DNA of 22,099 nucleotides from Chlamydiia bacterium (lineage in GTDB: Bacteria; Chlamydiota; Chlamydiia; Chlamydiales; JBMOFD01), in the NCBI GenBank assembly GCA_049314435.1, contig JBMOFD010000028.1:1-22099 (forward strand). Reading direction: 5' to 3'. The notes beneath the pieces are model-generated. The model saw only the letters and a program-made list of their open reading frames with translations. It ran no database searches and had not been told where the DNA came from. Made by a program: the position numbers and the translations under genes. Position 1 is the stretch's first letter. Each line of letters starts with the position of its first letter. This document shows positions 16,989 to 22,099 of this stretch, piece by piece.

Positions 16989-19900
16989 CTACTCAGCAAT
17001 GGGGCAGCTCTTCAAAAGTCCTGCTGCTCCATGTTCCTCCTGCAGCGGCTGCCCTACAAAAATCCCGTAGGGATCCAGTTCAACCACATCCGCAAAGAGA
17101 CGGGCGCCTGCCTCCCATCGTGTGGACCAGCTCCCCGTGCAGCTGCAAGCCTGGAGAGAGATCCTCTTCAGGAAGGGGCTGGCATTAGCCACCACCAGTC
17201 GGTCCTCTTCTGGGCGCCTCCCAAACCTCAGCGAGGCCAACACCTCACCATCTTGCACAATAGGCCTCCAGGCGGAACGGCCGCCTGATGACTGAAAGGC
17301 TACGTCGCGGTCCTGGAGCTCACAGGCCTGTTGCCACTCCTCCATATGAGCCAGCTTCACAGCGGAGTCTCCCCTCCCCCACCCAGTCAGGTCCCCGTCG
17401 ATCACCCCAAGTGGGTCCATAAAAGCTCCTGGAAGAGCCAGTAACGCCCACATCTTCAGTAGGCGAGCCCGCTGATCCGCCTGTTCTCGGTTACCACCTA
17501 TCATATTCAGCGGAAGCCGGCCAGCCTCCTGGCTATGTGGGTAGAAGAGCTGGTCGTGCGAGTCTAGATAGTTGACTAATCGGTAAGACCCGCGTAATAG
17601 CTCCGGCGTCAACATCGCTTGCCATGGAGCCGGCTTCGTGGTTCGAGAGCCTGCCATTGCAATGAAGTTCCAGGCGTAGGTGAGGCCCTGCCCTGCCGCT
17701 GCCACGCCCCGCGTCATTGAGGGATCCATTAGACTGTCCTCAGCAATGAGGATCAGGTCTGGTCGAAGCGCTCTAAGCCGCTGTGAAAGCCTACAAAGCA
17801 GCTCGCGACCCACGCGATCCCGACGGAGCAGGGCCTCGCGACTCAATCCAGGCGGGGCAATGGCTGTCTCAATGGAGTCGAGTCGAAGCCCATCGCACCC
17901 CGTGGTCAGCACATAGAAGGCACAGCAATCCACAAGCCAGTCCTGCACCCATGGCTGCTCTAGATCCCAGATATAAGAGCCCCAAGGAGACTCGATCTCC
18001 CTGATATGGGGGCCTGGGCTCTGGTTGCGAGATCTCGTAACACCATGGAAGAGAACCATGTCGAGGATCACGGCTAACTTCTCCCGATGAGCCTCATCCA
18101 CCAGGGCGCGCAGCTGATCGATATCCCCCATGGCTGTATCAAGGGCCATCGGCCCGTGGGGCCGATATCCCCAGTCAGATTCAGCATCGCGCTGGTGCGC
18201 GGGACACAGTTCGACCGCATTGAATCCTTCCGTCTTGGCTCGCTTCAACCACGGAGCGGCCTGCGCAACCGGAGAGACTTCCCCTCTCTGGAAGGGCGGT
18301 AACTGGGCAATCCGTAGAGCGCTTGGATGGAGAGCGCTCAGGCTAGCCGTTTTCCAGGTGATGCGATCGGGAAGTCGGGAGACCCACTCATTTCCTTGGC
18401 GATCGATATGCAACACGGAGAGGTCTTCTACAAGGAAGGAACGTCGATCATCTTGTGTGAACTCCCAAAGGAAGGGCGCTTCAGCAGGCAGTGGTCCCGT
18501 ATCGACGCTCCACACGCCGGCCGTTTGCTCTTTTGCAGAGATTCTCTTCGGCGAAGTCCCCAAGGGATCGATCACCACCGAGACCTTCTCAGCGGGCGGC
18601 AAGAGCGCCTCAAAATGAACGCCCTTGTCAGTCAGACGGGTCCCAAATTTCGAGACCTCGCGAGGCCACTGGTGGGGCTGTAGCCGTGCTATGGCCGGAG
18701 GGATGTCGGCAGGAGGCATCACCTGCATGCATTCGACTAGCACGGATCTTCGTGTGTCGGAGAGTCTCTTCCACCAGCGAGACAGGCCCTCTGGCCGCTC
18801 CCGATCTAAGGCACAGAGCACCCGCCAATCGGCTAGAGCTTGATAGATCTGGAAGTATCGGTTGATCGTATCGGCCCAGGGGAATCGCACCACACGCACG
18901 CGAGCTCTTCGGTCGGCCAGCTGTTCGGGATGACGACAGATCTGATGAAACTGCTCTAAGGCCTCGACCAAGGAGTCTCGTTCGATCTCTCTCGATTGAA
19001 TGGGAAGCGCCGAATAGTAGATCCCTCCCTCCACCTTACCGATCCCTCCGCTCTGCCGCCCGATAGGGATCGTTGCAAATTCTGCAGCTTCAAGGTCGAC
19101 ATACCCAAAGGGCTCATAGAAGCTAGGGAAGAGCAGCCCATCAGAGCCCATGAGGAGGTCATCGCGTTCCTCATACTGGACAAACCGTGGGAGTACGACC
19201 AGAGCATCGGGATAGCGCGCTGCCACCGCCTTCAGCTCTTTCATCCGCTCCTGGGCGTAGGCGTCCACCTCTAGAGCGGGCCCTGCCACAATGATCTGCC
19301 CGCCACTCTCGATCCAACTCGGAGCTGCATCGATGATGGCGTCGATGTTCTTCTGCTGCGTGATCCGTCCAATGAACAGGAGCAGTGGGCTCCGGGGCGT
19401 CTCCTTCAAGCCATAGCGCTGCTGAAGACACGCCTTAGCTTGAGCCTTAGCCTCATCGGTCGGGGCCCGTTCCACTGACACAAAGCCATTGGGGACCCCC
19501 AGTAAGTTGAACTCAAGGAATCGTGGGTTGGAGTGCGATTCAACAGGCAGAGATTTCCCCTTGGACATCGCCTCGGCAAGCCGGGTGAGAAAGAGCTTGG
19601 AAGCAAGAAGTTCTTGCGCGTAGGGCACGGACACGGGCAGACCCGCAATGCCATACTCATATTCCTGCAGACTTAGGATGTTGGGGCTCGCCATCGTAGA
19701 GCTCCCAAACGACCAGTAGCTATGCCCTTGCAGATTAGGCACCACGTCACTGAACCAGCGAAGCTGACGGCGTAGATCGATGTCATAGGCGCAGATCGGG
19801 TCGAATACACTCAGGCAAGCCGAGGACTTCATCGGCAGATACCCTGTGGTGTACCGCTGCCAATAGAGGAAGTTGTGCACGCTCGATGTGATGACACAGG

Positions 19901-20582
19901 GGTAGTCAGCATAGAGCCCTGTGAGGCTCGTATGATGGTCATGGCCGTGGATGATCTGGCACCCTTTAGCTCGACCAATGTGCATGACCGCCTGGTTGAG
20001 AAGACTCTGGAAGTCCTCAAAAGGCAAAGCAGCGTGCTGCTCCGAGCAAGTGGCTAGATCAAAGGGGCCCGGACCAAATCCCGACGGGAACAGAGAGGTT
20101 GCCTTACGCAGATCGACGAAGATCAACGGAATCCCTGACTCTGTCTGAGCCTCCCAGGTCAGCAGTGGCAGGGTAGCTCCATTGAGGGTGACTGGCACCT
20201 CGATCCCCTGCCGAAGACCTGACGGCACCATGCCTGGCATGAGTGGGGCCACGAGCGTCATCCGGGCATGATGTTCGGTTAGCACTGGAGGCGCCGCGCG
20301 CACCAGTTGCTCCACGTAGGTGCCAAAACCACCCATCTGGCAGGTCGGCACCTGAGCACCCTCTTTCAGCTCCAGGTTGCCCCATTCGGTCACAGCTAAT
20401 AGCACGTGTGGATGCCGTTCGATCTCCGCAGCTAAGTGCATGCTCGTAGAGAGATCACTCCAGCCGCCCTGACAAATGAGTGTCGAGCCGCTACGCATAC
20501 CCTCTGCTGTACTGAAGGAAAGCCACGACCATCCCCACACACAGATCGCTCTCGGGATCCAGAGCCAGATTCTATAGCGCAC
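16989..20582 (-). CDS. glgA: Fused glycogen/starch synthase (GT5) + CBM48 + GH13 branching-enzyme-like protein (GlgA-GlgB-type fusion), 1197 aa
   Basis: GT5 motifs in aa ~58-585: QMGGFG (KxGGL position), IIHGHDHHT, SVHN, VSVPYAQE, GVPNG, PLLLFIGRITQQK, PSFYEPFG (E490), PIGRQSGGI. From aa ~645: KFGTRLTDKGVHFEALLPPAEKVSVV (CBM48-like), GFNAVELCP, WGYRP, LVDEAHREKLAVILDMV, DGLRLDS (D902), LIAED (E948), YLDSHD (D1010), and C-terminal VLASLR..LVVAN. GTG start with GGAGG 4 nt upstream. Confidence 0.9.
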   Translation of the reverse strand: MRYRIWLWIPRAICVWGWSWLSFSTAEGMRSGSTLICQGGWSDLSTSMHLAAEIERHPHVLLAVTEWGNLELKEGAQVPTCQMGGFGTYVEQLVRAAPPVLTEHHARMTLVAPLMPGMVPSGLRQGIEVPVTLNGATLPLLTWEAQTESGIPLIFVDLRKATSLFPSGFGPGPFDLATCSEQHAALPFEDFQSLLNQAVMHIGRAKGCQIIHGHDHHTSLTGLYADYPCVITSSVHNFLYWQRYTTGYLPMKSSACLSVFDPICAYDIDLRRQLRWFSDVVPNLQGHSYWSFGSSTMASPNILSLQEYEYGIAGLPVSVPYAQELLASKLFLTRLAEAMSKGKSLPVESHSNPRFLEFNLLGVPNGFVSVERAPTDEAKAQAKACLQQRYGLKETPRSPLLLFIGRITQQKNIDAIIDAAPSWIESGGQIIVAGPALEVDAYAQERMKELKAVAARYPDALVVLPRFVQYEERDDLLMGSDGLLFPSFYEPFGYVDLEAAEFATIPIGRQSGGIGKVEGGIYYSALPIQSREIERDSLVEALEQFHQICRHPEQLADRRARVRVVRFPWADTINRYFQIYQALADWRVLCALDRERPEGLSRWWKRLSDTRRSVLVECMQVMPPADIPPAIARLQPHQWPREVSKFGTRLTDKGVHFEALLPPAEKVSVVIDPLGTSPKRISAKEQTAGVWSVDTGPLPAEAPFLWEFTQDDRRSFLVEDLSVLHIDRQGNEWVSRLPDRITWKTASLSALHPSALRIAQLPPFQRGEVSPVAQAAPWLKRAKTEGFNAVELCPAHQRDAESDWGYRPHGPMALDTAMGDIDQLRALVDEAHREKLAVILDMVLFHGVTRSRNQSPGPHIREIESPWGSYIWDLEQPWVQDWLVDCCAFYVLTTGCDGLRLDSIETAIAPPGLSREALLRRDRVGRELLCRLSQRLRALRPDLILIAEDSLMDPSMTRGVAAAGQGLTYAWNFIAMAGSRTTKPAPWQAMLTPELLRGSYRLVNYLDSHDQLFYPHSQEAGRLPLNMIGGNREQADQRARLLKMWALLALPGAFMDPLGVIDGDLTGWGRGDSAVKLAHMEEWQQACELQDRDVAFQSSGGRSAWRPIVQDGEVLASLRFGRRPEEDRLVVANASPFLKRISLQACSCTGSWSTRWEAGARLFADVVELDPYGIFVGQPLQEEHGAAGLLKSCPIAE

Positions 20583-20586
20583 TATG

Positions 20587-20591
20587 CCTCC
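20587..20591 (-). promoter_or_regulatory. Shine-Dalgarno site for the GT5-GH13 fusion gene
   Basis: Minus strand reads ctGGAGGcataGTG; GGAGG lies 4 nt before the GTG at 20582. Confidence 0.65.
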
Positions 20592-20699
20592 AGCTCTCCC
20601 ACACAGGAAGGCCTCCTCGCTTCAACCATCTATCGGCACCATATCAAAAGAGCCGAGGTTCTGCATCATCTCGAACGCACCGCTCCAAATTCGTGACCC

Positions 20700-21023
20700 A
20701 GGAAGATAGGCGCCCTTTGAGAAGAGAAGTTATATATGCAAAGGCAAATAGCCTCCTGATAGCAAAGAGAACCTGATCGCCAGGAATCCGGCATCGCTTT
20801 ACAATGGCTTGCCCCAACGGACGAGAGCATTCTGATTGAAGGACTTTTTTGTTTTAGACACGTCTAGAACAGCGTATTTTCTACAAGATCGATCCAGTTC
20901 TGTAGCTTTCTCCAAAAAAGGATCTCACATTTTTATAATTGATCGGCTTAGAGAGCAATCATCCTGGCCGAGGTAGCAGGCCACAGCTACTTGCAAACGA
21001 CCCTGATTGCATAAGGATGCTTC
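20700..21023. promoter_or_regulatory. AT-richer divergent intergenic region with candidate -10 box (TATAAT at 20934-20939) and RBS (AAGGA at 21013-21017)
   Basis: 441-nt gap (20583-21023) between divergently oriented genes, with A/T tracts. Perfect TATAAT on the + strand about 85 nt before ATG 21024. No convincing -35 at 17-nt spacing. Confidence 0.45.
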
Positions 21024-22099
21024 ATGTTCACGCCCAACAGTCTGACTGCCGGTCATGGCACGCGCATTGCGAGTCAAGCTGCTCTTTCTGCCCAACGACC
21101 CTCTCCGACGGATGATGCGCCTCTATGGGCGACATTGAACGAGTTTGTGATGCCCATCTCCCAGCTGACGAACTTGGGCTTTCACGAGACGGTGGTAAGC
21201 AGCCTTGCAGATGGGTATCAGAGGCTGCTTGATACGCAATTATATGCTTTCCTGACCGAGAACAGAGCACCGCCAGACTCCTCGGGTCACCACTTCGGCC
21301 TGACTCTAGCGGGGTTCATCGGGGCCTTGGGGGAAGCGCTGCGTGAAACACCTTACCTAGCGGATATCGAGTTATGCCAGCTGTATTGGGATCACCTGGT
21401 TCCTATCCTAGAAGGACGCGCTCCCGCTGGTGAGACTAGGGTACTGCTTACCCTGCTCGACAGAAACGCTATGCAGCCCCTGCAACAGGAGGAGTGGAAT
21501 CTTCGACTGGCAGCTCTCAACTCGGCTGTGCGCAGTGCTTGCAAAGATCCTGGTGATCTCTTAGTCGCAACCCGCGAAAACTACGCAGTTGCCTGCCATA
21601 GCGTTGAGGAAGAGGATACCGTGGTGGTGGAGATGCCCCTTCAATGCGGCGATCACACGACACAGCGCCTTGCGTTACCGGTGCGTTCCACACGGCAGGT
21701 CATCTACGCCCTTCCCCGGTTGGAGCGGCAACACCGATTTTGTTCGATTGAGGGGAACCCCGAAGGGCGAGGTTATGGGTCGGTCATTTTCAATATCACC
21801 CATGCCAAGGATCAATCACACCGCGTGCAGATTCAGTTAGGTCTGCCGGCTCCCACCATGGCCATCGATGAACTAGCCTTCGATCCTATCCCTGATCCAT
21901 CCCTCGGACCTTGCCTTCTGAGTCAAACTGTCCCAGTGGAGCGCGTTCTGGGTGCGGCCAGGTTGGGAGAGATTGTCTTGTGTCAGGGCGCTTCGACGAG
22001 GCCCCACGCGTTAGCCTTGGCCATCCGAAGAACACTCGGTGGGTGTCGTGTATCTGATGAAGTCAAAGCGGAACTCATTGAAGCTTACAAGGCTCACTA
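21024..22099 (+). CDS. Protein C (>=358 aa, probably 3'-partial): divergent paralog of the giant-protein N-terminal domain with degenerate nucleotidyltransferase motifs
   Basis: Hand translation from ATG 21024 (AAGGA 6 nt upstream): MFTPNSLTAGHGTRIASQAALSAQRPSPTDD... open to the edge (...AELIEAYKAH plus an incomplete codon TA). Not in the ORF track. Collinear weak similarity to protein B: TLAGFIGAL/TLEGLLHDI, EEWNLRLAALNSAVRSAC/GNWVECLRKVTAAISRAF, RVQIQL/AVQVTL, LLSQTVPVERVL/CVSQERTPEENL. Confidence 0.82.
   Translation, partial: MFTPNSLTAGHGTRIASQAALSAQRPSPTDDAPLWATLNEFVMPISQLTNLGFHETVVSSLADGYQRLLDTQLYAFLTENRAPPDSSGHHFGLTLAGFIGALGEALRETPYLADIELCQLYWDHLVPILEGRAPAGETRVLLTLLDRNAMQPLQQEEWNLRLAALNSAVRSACKDPGDLLVATRENYAVACHSVEEEDTVVVEMPLQCGDHTTQRLALPVRSTRQVIYALPRLERQHRFCSIEGNPEGRGYGSVIFNITHAKDQSHRVQIQLGLPAPTMAIDELAFDPIPDPSLGPCLLSQTVPVERVLGAARLGEIVLCQGASTRPHALALAIRRTLGGCRVSDEVKAELIEAYKAH

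Noticed and set aside
8469..20696. Short antisense and alternate-frame ORFs within or overlapping the 2620-aa and 1197-aa genes
   Set aside because: Nested in or overlapping well-supported long CDSs, with no independent coding evidence.

Overview
Bacterial-type DNA, roughly 55-60% GC by eye, holding five probable genes and one IS remnant. Two of the genes are absent from the supplied ORF track because they run off the window edges. (1) A giant minus-strand ORF, 7602 to <1 (>=2534 aa, translated by hand, not in the track). (2) A small integral membrane protein (7905-8396, +). (3) A second giant minus-strand ORF (16255-8393, 2620 aa), paralogous to (1) over most of its length. (4) A truncated ISAs1-family transposase. 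(5) A 1197-aa fusion of a GT5 glycogen synthase with a CBM48/GH13 branching-enzyme-like domain, possibly with a signal peptide. (6) A divergent plus-strand ORF, 21024 to >22099 (not in the track). Main finding: both giant proteins start with a ~300-aa domain that, by manual comparison with the family consensus as I recall it, resembles the eukaryotic TENT5/FAM46 non-canonical poly(A) polymerase (GS-x24-DLD plus the downstream family blocks). It is followed by >2000 aa of probable helical scaffold. ORF (6) appears to be a third, catalytically degenerate member. The locus looks like an expanded family of giant TENT5-like proteins, possibly host-directed effectors of an intracellular (Chlamydiae-like) bacterium. 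Family, host and function are inferences that need HMM or structure confirmation.
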